Shown one piece after another: positions 28,424-44,400 of a stretch of DNA of 64,000 nucleotides. This stretch comes from Antedon mediterranea (Eukaryota > Animalia > Echinodermata): positions 23,391,365 through 23,455,364 of the forward strand of contig NC_092678.1 of assembly GCF_964355755.1 (NCBI RefSeq), in the 5' to 3' direction. How positions within the stretch are numbered: position 1 is the stretch's first letter; each line of letters starts with the position of its first letter. A program made the translations under genes and the position numbers. The notes under the pieces are model-generated. The model did no database searches and had not been told where the DNA came from. It saw only the letters and a list, made by a program, of their open reading frames with translations.

Positions 28424-31108
28424 GTATGCAGACTAAAGTCACCTTGTAAAAATGGAGTGTAAATATTCACAGTATCCTAAGTTTATTCAGATATAAATAA
28501 TGGTTTATTATTTATAAAAACAAAGGACCATTGTTTTGAAAAGCTGATTTTTGATTGGCCAAAAGTTGTTTGTATCTAGTTGGTACATTTATACAGTACT
28601 GGTTTATTATGTGTATATAAGCTTTCTGATTGGCCAACATTTACTTTCAGTTTCTTTGATTGGTTAATTGTTGCTTTCAATTTCTTTTGAAAATTCTGAT
28701 TGGCTGTTACTTTCAATTTGTTAATTGTTACGTATAAATGGGATTGGCTGAATGTTTATACAGTAGTAAAGAAAAGATTGGTGTTTATGTAGGAACTTGA
28801 TTAATTTATAGTTCAAATTATAAGTTTTTTTTTAAATATTTACATAATTAGCATTTTATTTTATATGGTGTTCCCTCTTTCATTTTCAAATTACAATAAG
28901 AACCTCAGATTAATTTGTTTAAATGTTTTTATATTAGCTAGTGCTAATTTTTCTGGCTGTTTTACTTTATCGTTTTGATTTCCATTGAGATCCAGCCACT
29001 GATACCCACAGTATTGTCAGTCTTTCAGTGCTTATTTTATTTTGTATCTTCATTGAGATACTCACAGAATGTCATTGCCTTGGATTTATATTAAGAAACT
29101 CCATTATAGTAACTGTTATTATTTGATATTTTTTTATACTTGTTTAGAAGAAAATAAATATTGATTTGAGTCTGGTCAACATACTATTTTAGAAGGATGA
29201 CCTGAATGTTGTCCCAAAAATATTTTTATTTGTTAGATACAATACAATTTCTGTAAGTAATCGGATTATGTATAAAATATTCATGTACATATGTTTTATA
29301 ATTGAGCAATAATTTAGAAGATGTGTGTTTAATTACCAAAATATTTAAATGTTGCATTGTCAACAATTAAATATAACATATCGTTGATTTATTTTTTTTT
29401 TATTGTAAAAATTATTTGGATGGAATAATTAATTTTTAAGATTGCGCCAGAAGAATATTAAAAATTTATGTTGTGAAAATTAAATTAGTAAAGGAATTTT
29501 TGGATTGTATCCAACAGTGGCAATCAAATGATATACTTTGGAAATAAATTAAAAATTAATTAATAAATTAATTTAAAAAATAGTTTTTTTTATACTGTTA
29601 CAGTAAGTTATTTGTAATAATGAATGTTTGAGACTGCATCCAGGCAATATAATTATAATTATTATGTTAAATTCAATTACTATTTTAGAGAAAGTTAAAA
29701 GTCCTTTTCGGTCTTATAGAAAAATAAATAAGACCATTACAGTAAGTTATTATTTGGATGTAATTGTAATAATGAATATTTTAATCTCGCATTCAAACAA
29801 TATATATTGTGAAAATTCAATTACTATTTTGGCAAAAGTTAAAGTCCAGGTCGGTCTTCTTATAGAAAAAAAAGACAAACCGAACTGGACTTTAACTTTC
29901 TCCAAAATTGCAAATGGTTTGGAGTTTATCCAAATTCAAATAATAATATACTTGCACAATACAGTGATGTTTTAATGTTTATATTTAGTAGGATTAAAAA
30001 TATATACTTTGTGATAATAAATTTGTTTTCTGTTTTTTATCTTGTTTTTTTTTACAGATGATCACGAACAGTTTGTGTGTACTATGATACAAAGACCTTA
30101 CAGATATCAATCATTTTTTGTGGTCTGTTTTGTTGCGCAATGCTCATCAAACATTTTATCTTAATTATGTAATCAAAATTACCCCATCCCCCAACATCTA
30201 TATAGTATTTATAGTATTGTACAGTAAGAAATGGTCATATAAGCTTTTAAGCTTGTTAACCGACCCATTATTATCAAAGCAAGTAAATTGTACAAACATT
30301 CAAAGTTTAGTGTTTATTACATGGATAACTAGCATGTATCCCCATTCTACAACACTACACATACAAAATAATGTTAAAGTGCAAGAAACACAAATTAAGT
30401 GACTTAACAGTATTATGTAAACAGGTTTTAACAGAATTAAACTCTTTTCCACACTATCAAACATTATGTGAAATGTGATGTGCCAATATATGGACATTAT
30501 GATGTCATATCACTACCATATTTGGGCACATCACTCCCATATTTGGGCATAGCACTCCTAGTTTGATAGTGTAGACAGAGCTTTATAGATTGGGTGCTAC
30601 CTAGTGAGATCAAATTCTTTCATATCATTTTTCATATTCTTGCTAAATATAAAAATAAGGGAACGATGGTGCTGTAAATTTATTGAATTTTGTGTGAAAG
30701 AAAGTGATTTTGAACCGTTCAAAAAACAGTCTCTGTATAAATTAAAATATAGAAAGTGATTGCAAAACGAATTAATGAACAGGGCATTTACTGACCTTGA
30801 GGTCGTTTGATGTGACACAGTGACCGACATGCAATCTGTCCTGTGATTGGTTAACCTGCTATTAATAATTTCTAGTCGTGGACACTGAAGAAGCCTAATG
30901 AAATAATTATACCATTGTCAATATATTAAAGTACAAGTTTCTTAATAGAATTATTTAAGTGTACTTATATTTTACCAGATATTGTTGGCTTCTTACAAAT
31001 ACAGAAACAATGCAATTTCAGACTAAATTGTGATTACACGCAATAAAAAAAAAGTTCAGAATTCTTTTAAAGATGTACACAAGTTGATTTCAGTTCAATT
31101 GTTAATTT

Positions 31109-34481
<3,373 letters not shown>

Positions 34482-35495
34482 CCTGGACAATTTGAAATCT
34501 AAAAAGTAATAATAGTTGATAATTACATAATTTATTTTAATTTGTGTGTTGTTTGAATATTCTGTCTCAATGCAGTATTATCCATTCCTAGCGCTTTCTT
34601 TTAAAATAAAAAAAATGTCAAATATATCATTCAATTCCCACTAATCTAATATACAGTCTACCCGGGCTTAAATACTTAATTAGCTTTAGCTATATACTCT
34701 TATAGTAGGCCTGTTTTTGTATGATATACAAATGTACTGAGACCACACACAACAGAGGGCAGTCTTCAGTTTTTCACATTAAAAAAGTAAAATGTTTAAA
34801 ACGTACAATTAAATAATATCACAATAAAACATTAAATATAATTTTAGAATATACTTGATAAGCGGCGGGCGTAGATTAGTATGACCCTCCTAGCTAGGCA
34901 TCTTATACCGGCCTAGACTAGGCCCGACTGCGACAGTCTCCGGCCGGCCACAAGTGTCGCACTCGTCGATCGAGTTGGATTGGGGGCTAGGCCTATAGGC
35001 CTAGTTACTATTACTTGTAAAATGCTTAACAAAATATTAGACCAACAAACATGTGAATCAGGATAGCTTCTGTATTGTTGTGCTAACCTAACATTTATTT
35101 AAATTAAAACCTTTGTTAATTAACTGTTATTTTAAGCGTGAAACTTACAACAAATTGGCTGAACGTGCAAAGTCACCGTGTGTTTTTGCTGAAAACCGTA
35201 CAGTATGGAACGCCGACACTGCCTTCTTATTTCTTTCCAAACTTGAAAGTGGAAGGACGTGCGATGGTCCCCTCGTGTTGTACCTCACAATATTTATTAT
35301 ATCTTTGCTAGTCATATATAAACGCGCATTTCATTCAAAATATAAAAACTTATTGGCGAATTTATTTCAATGTTATAATAACTAGACCTGAGGTTCGGAA
35401 TGTGGAGAATTAAAACTTATTAATTTATTTCTAAGTTATTATACCGATCGCGACATCTTTTATCGGCGGTACACAAGACTCATTGTATATCAGGT

Positions 35496-38400
35496 CTATT
35501 TCTTCTTCCCTTGCAACTCAATTGAGTGTTCATTTTGTGATATCGGTAAATGGTCGTGGTATTGTCGCAGGTTCGGAGTACTCAATTTCTTCAAACGCTG
35601 GAAAACAAAGTAAAAAGAGTGTACCAATTTATACAATAATGTATCGATCATAAGCCATATTTCTAGTAGATATTTTATAGCGTTGGCTATAGAAATGTAT
35701 CTATCTATTTTAAAATGTCTATGAATAAAATTCTCTCAATTCAAATAAGCACACATCAAAACCCCTATAAGGAATACACATTGAGGACCAAACAAGGTAT
35801 TCACTTAGGCGGGAGTGTAAGAGGAGTAGGTGCAGGCAGGGTGATCTTCCTTAGTGTAGTAGTACAGTTGGCCAGTGTTGAAAAGCTATCCTTCGTTCGT
35901 ATTGTTCGTTTCACCTACAGGTTTAAAATGGCCGTATCCTCAATAGGAATGTCCCGAAGGATTGTGCTTCTATAAGACTGTTTTCGACAGCGTTTTTTCA
36001 GCTAAATAATACATCGTTCACATAAATGTATAGGCCTAGGCCTACTACTGAAATTTAAACTGTACTCTTACCTCTCTGAATGAACCCTGTGTCGTAGCTA
36101 CTGAAAATACGACCCATGCAGGAATACAGATCATGGATGACGTAGCGATTAACAAACCCAGAGCCACACCCCAGGGAGGGTAAACGTAGTCTTCGTAAAC
36201 AAGCGGTGTCCACGTCACCACACTGAAGATCCAGATAGTCTACAAACGGACCATATATCATTTAATGCACACTAATAGGAGGCCTATGTACATTATAAAT
36301 GCCATTAAAGTTATTAAAACGAAGATAATAAGAGTTATGCCTATTTGACTGGTCGACGGATATCTAACTTAGGCTGGTGAGTGGAGATCTGCTAAAGTTG
36401 GACAACCGGCTTCTACTGCTTGTCACACGTGACAATGAAGATGTTTAAAGAAGAGCGGGGAGGGGGCGGGATGGGGAGAGTATGGAGAATTAAATAGAAA
36501 GGGAAAGATGAATGAACTTTGAACATCTATGGTAAACGTACCAGGCTAATAGCTGGTGTTATTATCTTCCAACACCATTTGAAAATGACCAGAGGTCGAT
36601 AACCAATCATCCTCTCCAAGTCATTATACAACCGCTCTCCTCCTAAAAGAAAATAACAATAATAATAACGATAACGACGATAATCATTTTAGGTGTCAAC
36701 TTGAATTATAGTGTCCTATCTTTTGCATTATAAGTGTTTAATTTAGGGAGGTGAAGGGTGGGGGGGGGGGCAGGCCGGGTGACCCCTCTTCCCATTGAAT
36801 CCGCACATGATATAACTTGCCGTTTAAGATTGCAATATTAAACAATTGCTTACATCGGAGTAGAGTATTATGCCGTTTTCAGAATTATACTGTCACGGGA
36901 TTTCCGTTATTGTGACATGGCTTCGTTTAGGCCTATACGCTTCAATAAAATACAATAATACATATAAAGAAATCATTGTTGATAATTCACAATTATACCA
37001 ATAATACCTTATTTAGTTTAGTGTACATGTTCCTTTGGAATTGAATCCGTCATTCGACCAGAACACGTAATTATACATTTCCCGACGTTGTACCAGAGAG
37101 AACATAACAAAACCTGAACCCTGCGACGGTTAGTGTGTAGGCCTACAGGCGAAACTGAACTCCATAATATTGTATTGAACCAGAACGCAGAAGCAGGTAA
37201 AACATATATATAAGAAACATAGGCCCTATCTCAACAAATGAATAGGTTTAGGCCTACTGTTAAAATTGTTATTCTTATTACATAAATTACTAAAGTATAA
37301 CAAAAATCAGGAAAAACATATATATCTCATGAAATGGTCAAATACAGAATTTGGCAAAATTCAGCTAAAAAATGTAAGACTCTTTCCAGTAGTTAGGTAG
37401 TACTGATTTCGTGACTTCATGCCCACCACCAGGAAATGAAACGTTGTTTCAATGAAATAGAATAATTCAAGTTATTAATACGTATATAATACTGTCAACA
37501 ACGTAGGCCTACTTGTTGTCGACAGTATATATTCCTACACAATTTATTTAGCACAAATTAATTAATAAAGTAGGGTCTACCCAGGTTCAATTTCAGTTTT
37601 TGTTGCAAACGGATCTTCTCTTGAAATACTCAAGGTGAAGACTATTAGGCCTACACTAATTTTCCGACGCTTTAACAGATACAAGAAAGGAACTTTGTAT
37701 TGAAAGTAAACCCTGGTAGATGTTACGGTTCAGTGTACAGCATCCATTTTGGAAACTAGTCCTTTGTTATTGAACACAACCCTTTTTGAATAAGTAGCCT
37801 ACCATTATTGTTCACAAACAACAACTGGTAAAGAATAAATCAGTACAGTACAGAAAACATTGGCAGACAGTGTCTTAAAGTTCACCAAGGTTTGCTAAAA
37901 GTTCTTGCCCACTAATAAACGTAGCCTACAACGCGCAGCTGATCGAACTTCAATCAGCAAAATATGAAGAAAATTATAGTTAAACTGGATTTAGACTTAT
38001 ACAATTGATTCCTGGTCCATCTGAGTTCCTGTCGTCGTGGACAGACGAAACATTGGTGGCATCACCCGATCGACATGAAGGGCCCTTATTTATAGGAAGA
38101 TAAAAGTCTACTTTGCTTTGCGACGATTACCACATTTATTATCCTAATATTTTCTTTTTTCCTTTATAGTATTAGTGTTGCTGTCATCTTTGATATTAAA
38201 TACTACACTCATAATACAAGAATAGAAAAAAATGGAAGAAAAGTTCAGTGTCTTGAAACGTGATCTAAGTAGATGCTACGACGGTGACAAGTACATTCGG
38301 TTAAAATGCATCCTATTTGATCAATTACCTACGGGTGCCATTGCAAATCCAGATTTTATCGCACACGATCTATTTAATAAACTCCAAGACAAAGGTCTAA

Positions 38401-41400
38401 TCTCACCTACTAATATTAACTTGCTATTAGAAATTACAGAACTGATTGAAGTGAGGGGTGCTAAAGATCTTGTTATAGAGTACATGGATGACAATCAGGT
38501 GCAGAAAACAGTGGATGAACCAAAGTTGTCATCTTATCGCAAGCGATTGTTTAAAGCTATGGAAAATGTCAGTCAAGGTGAATTGCGAAGTATTATTGCT
38601 TTTTACGAAATACAACAATTTAGCTACAAAAATATTTGGGATGTAGTGCTTCATTTGGAGAATACCTTACATCTCGCAGATGAACGAGATAAAATACGAA
38701 ATTTAGCAGGCTGTCTCAATCAAAGAGGAAAAGACATTCTACTTGGTAATGATGGTATGTATTTTATAATTTCTAAAATCTCTAAACGAAATATTGCAAA
38801 TTAAACGATATGGCCTCCTTGTTCTAAAAATGTAATAATCCCCATAATGCTAAATTAAAAAAATGTAAGTTTCATGTCTTTATTCATTATTGATTTCTAC
38901 CTTGAAGTGTCAAATCAAGGTAATAACAACTCTTAATAAACGTATCCAGTAATCTATCTATTATGAAAAATAAACAAATTTTGAGTGTCGACATTTTGCA
39001 AGTAGTATGGCGAGTAGTTTTATTAGCCAATTTCCTCAATCAATAATTTGTTTTCAATAATATGATCATTCTATACTATTAATTCATGTTTTTTGTAATC
39101 TAAATTACAGGTTCCATAAGGGAAGAATTTAGTATCTTAAAAGAAAAACTAAGTACATACTTTGACGGCATCAATTACCATAAGTTAAGATTCATCTTGT
39201 TTTATCATGTATGTCTGGGTGACCTTACATGTCCACATTTGATCGCACACGATTTATTCAATATACTCGAAGAGCAAGGTATTATCTCACCTACTGATAT
39301 AAACTTATTATTAGAAATTACGAAACTATTCGGAATGAAGGATGCTGAAGATCTTATTAATATGTACATGAATGACAATGATATACTGGACGGACCAGGG
39401 AGTTGCTTCATGTACAGACCAATATCGTCATCTCATCGCAAGCGATTGTTTAAAGCAATTGAACAAGTTAATCCAGGTGAATTGCAACGTATTATTGCTT
39501 TTTACGAATTACAACGATATAACTACACAAATATTTGGGATGTAGTTTTTCGTCTGGAGTGTGATTTACTCGTAGACGACAACTACAAAAGCCTACAACA
39601 ATTTGCAAACTGTCTCAATCAAACCGCAAAAGACATTCTACTTGGTAATGGTATGTATTTTATTCTTTATCTCTTTAACAGAAATATTGCAAATTAAACG
39701 ATACTTTGTTCTAAAAATATAACACCCAAAATGCTAAATAATTTTTTTAATAGTTTCACGTCATTATGCCTATTCACAAATCTAATATATAAACTTTCAC
39801 GTATCCAAGCCATCAATTATTTTTTTAAATAAAAATTCCGATATTGTTGCCAGCATTTTAGCCAATTTTTCTCAATCAATAATATAATTTTGTTTCTATT
39901 GATTTTATACAATTAACATGTGGGACAGAATGAATAGAATAACACAAACAAATTTAGGAATACCAACAGGTTAATTCATCTTGAACATAAAATTAAATAA
40001 AAATGTTAAAAAACAAATGTTTTTGAAACAGATAGAAAAGTAATTTAATTACGATAATCTTTGTATCGTCGATTTAGTATCAATATCATATATTTATATT
40101 TAAACAAATACTACTATCCTAGTACGTTTCGTATTGTTACTGTGTGCAAGGATTTTTGCGCACTTTCAATTTGAGCAAGAAATTGCGTAAAGATTTCCTT
40201 GCGCGTTGAAATCTAATATTCAAATCGCGTATTAACGTAATTACATGCTCATACTTCATATATTTATTACTTTATACTGGAACCAATGAATGAATGATTT
40301 TATATTTCTTTTGCGTTGTGTTTGTTTAATTTGTTGATTTGTATTATATTTTGTAAAATGTATCTTTTGCCTGAATAAATAATAATAATAATAATAATAA
40401 TAGTATTAAATGAATAGAAAAACATAATTATCAATATCACAACCAAAAGGGCGACATTATTAGTATCATATTTCTTTCATTACGATTTATTTTTTACATT
40501 TGTAAAAGAGAACTTGATATGAATTAAGTTATTAAAAACAAAAAAAATTGTTATTAGCCTGAAATAGAAAGTGTTAATCACGGATTTACCTGTATAAGGT
40601 ACATCATGTAAATTAGTTAAATTAAAAAAGGTCATATTATTTATTTAAATAAAAAAAAAAGAAAGTTATTAATTAGTCTAAATTATTTAATTTTTAAGAT
40701 TTCCATGGGGTTTACAATTTAGTTTCTTGAAAATATATTACATTTTTTTTCTCAGCAGATAGGCAATTAGGGGAAGAACCGGAAGAACCGGAAGAACCGG
40801 AAGAACCGGAAGAACCGGAAGTACCGTTGTCACCGTTGGATCAGTTAGGCGCACGGAGAATAGGCCTACAAGGTATGCTACCAATATTCAGTAGGACAGA
40901 ATCCAACTGATAACAAAACAATGATATAAAAAAACATTTCAAAATTTAGTGTTTAAAAATAGTTCCAATAATCCTAGTTTATACAGGCCTATTATCAAAT
41001 CTATATACAAATATATAAATTAGAAAAAAAGGTGGGACACTCTAATTAAAAAAAACATGAATATAGCTTCATCAATGAACTTGTATAGACCTAATATTCC
41101 CACCAACATTAGTAGTTGTAGTAACATTATTAGAAAATCCCACTGTCTCTATCTACAGATGTGGAATGGAACTACTGGGAAAAAATGATCGTTGTTGCAG
41201 CTGGCCTGGTATATTTGTTGAACAATTTGTATTATCTTTTGGTAAATATAGGTGAGTCACTATTGGGAAGAATATGTTGTACCGTCGTATAAACATTGGT
41301 CAGCATCATTTTATTAGTTTGAACACAACTGTGACTGGTATGCTGGGCTTATACTCTCCTAAATGTAATTTACGATCCAATAATAAGTTGCTTTTATTTC

Positions 41401-44400
41401 AACCGAAATCTTATCACTCTTGCTTTTTCTATTAATATTATATTATATTATATTACTACGATACTATGCTCTCGGGAGCAGTGGCCAAGTTCTACTAATA
41501 AATCCTACATTTAAGCGTGACCAACACACGGCACACTTTATAAATGATGCAACAAATATCAAATATAGGCCTAGATTACTAGTACTAGGCCTACACTATA
41601 TTTGCAAATTACGGTATGCTATTGTTAGTAGTTACTGAAATGATATGTGGAATGTGGTTGCTTATTATAAATTTAAATTTATTTTAATTTAGTACCAATA
41701 ATTCGAAGAAACTGGAAATCTTTATGTAGGCCTATACCAATATGTACCGGTAAGTGTTAATAATGAACTAATGATTATTTTCAATGAAATCACTATTAAT
41801 CAAAATTATTTATTACGTGTTCTTCTATTAAACTTAAACCTACCATTTTGGACTCCAACAGCGTTGTTAATTTTGTTTCTTTCTTAATAGTTTTAGCAGT
41901 ACTGGTCGGTGCAATCATCATTATACTTATGCCTAACATGATATCGTCATATCCTCCGTCTCACTATTTTGAAAATGGTTATGGTAGGTCACTATTTTTT
42001 CATTATTTCTTCTGTGAGATTTCTAATGTAATATATTATGTTTAATGTTATACACAGGGGTTTTAATTCTTATAATTTTGACGTAGGCCTAACATTATCA
42101 AAATAATAAAAAGTGGTTCAGAATTGGGATCATGATGTCCAAAATGTAATTATCTACTGTCTGTTGTTAAATGTGGTAAAGACCCGTCTTTAATTTTTCA
42201 CGATAACCTGCTAAAAGACAGACACACATACAAACAAATAACACAGACAGAAATATATAACCACCTTGGTTGAGGTAATTAATACATATACAATTTATTC
42301 TTTTCAGACACAACAGAATATGGTGAAATGATCGAACAAAGGTTTCAAACCATGAATGCTGCTCTCAGTAGATGCTATGAGGGTGAACGATATTATTGGT
42401 TAAGATTTTGTCTAATTGATTATTTAAGTGTTGGTGATACTACAGATGCTATTGGAAATGACTTGTTTAATGCACTTGAATTAAAGGGCTTAATCACACC
42501 TACTGATGTAAACCTGTTGTTAGAGATTACGAAGCTAACAGAAGTGAAGTCTGCCGAAGATCTTATAAGAGGATATATGAAGGACAACAAACTTCAAAAT
42601 TATGATGGCACAATGTTGTCAGATGATCGGAAACGACTGTTTAAAGCCATGAGACAAGTTCATAAAGATGAATTAAAACGTTTGATTTCTAACTACAAAC
42701 TAAAACATCTTAACTTACAAAATATTTGGGATGTCGTTTTTAGACTAGAAATTGAAGAACTAGTCAAGGGTCCAAACAGAATTAAGAACATTCATGAAAA
42801 ACTGATTGGTAATTATTAGGGCATCAAATTATTATTCATTCTCAAAATATTTTAAATTGTATACAACACGAAAAAGCGTTTCACGTAGATTTTAGGTAAT
42901 TCTCTTAAATCATAATTATTAGTGGCGATAATTTGAACTTCAGATGAAAAAAAGGGTGGAATAAAATATTTACATGATATTGGATAAACTATATGAAATT
43001 TCATCTAAATTGTGTGAAAGTGTGAATAGGCCCAAGTATATATCACGCGGACCACATGAACATACATTAAGTTAGGAAATACGTTTTTTTTATTTCTTAT
43101 GATTGACGAACACTTGGTATACTGTAGGCGCGGTTTATAGATCAAACCTTTCGAAACCTTAGTTCTCTGGCTAAATAATAACTGGCTAGAGACTTTCCTA
43201 AGTTTCAATAACTGTATTGACGCAATGGTAAACGAATACATGGAACGAAACCATTTCAAAATCTTGCATATTATACAAATTTGGATTGGTTAAATGTCTC
43301 CATAGGGAGGGCGTACAACTTCTCCACTCTTGACTAATAACTCATAGTCTTTATTTTAATAATTGTTCAAGAGAAAATTTAACTTAAATGATATAAATAA
43401 TAATAATTATCAGTTTAAGAAAGTTATTTGTTTCAATTTGTTTAAATACATTATTTATTACTGAAATACGTTTGGTTATTTATTTGTTTTATGAGCAAAG
43501 TTTTTTTTAAACCAATAGCCAACTTGGTATGAATTACATTCAATGGGCCTGTACATTTGACAGTGTTTTAAATACAAATAAACATGTACTGAAAACAATA
43601 AGGCAATAATCCCATTATTTGTTTTGTTTAAAAGAATCAAATATAAATATATCCGTTTCAGATTAATTTCATAAAGATATAATTGAAACGATCGATTCTG
43701 TACTCCAACAGCAGAAGGAGAACACACAATATCATAATGATAGAAATAGAAACATTTAGCTATTTAACTAAGTATATAATTGTTAATATATATTATGTAT
43801 GCCTATAATTCGTGCTTTTGTTAATATATATTATGTATGCCTATAATTCGTGCTTTTGTTTCGACCTTCCTTGATATCACATTATATTGTTTTTTAATAT
43901 AGGATAGGCCAGACCTATCTGTATATACTTAAAGTAAGTTTCAAAACTCTTTTTTACTTGCATTTTTTTATTCATACGTGTGAACAAACTGTTATATTTA
44001 TTTTTTAAACATTTAGGCCTATTTTCACTAAAATGTTTAAGGTCTACTGGAAAATAACACTTGACAGCTCTTGTAATTTTGTTGTTCTCAGATTTTTTTT
44101 ATTGGTTTTAACTATAAAATAGCCTTACCATTGAATAAGAAACGGGTGTACTACACTTAAGATGGTAATGCTAGTATTGTATTATACAATTCAAACATAG
44201 ACCAATATTTAAATATGAAAATAAAATATTTTTAATGCAAGCATGATTACGATAGTTTGCTGTTATATGGTATTTGTCCACAACAAGCACTTTTATTGAG
44301 AAAGAATGTCATTGAAGAAGCGCAAAAACGATCCGGCGATACCACCACGTCACAAAATCACGTCTTTGGGTCATGTTGGTTAAGACCATCCAGAAATAAG

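Noticed and set aside
38232-42819. Three independent single-exon DED genes, as the ORF track suggests
   Set aside because: The first two ORFs run through strong G|GTATGT donors into intronic sequence, and all segments splice into one frame.
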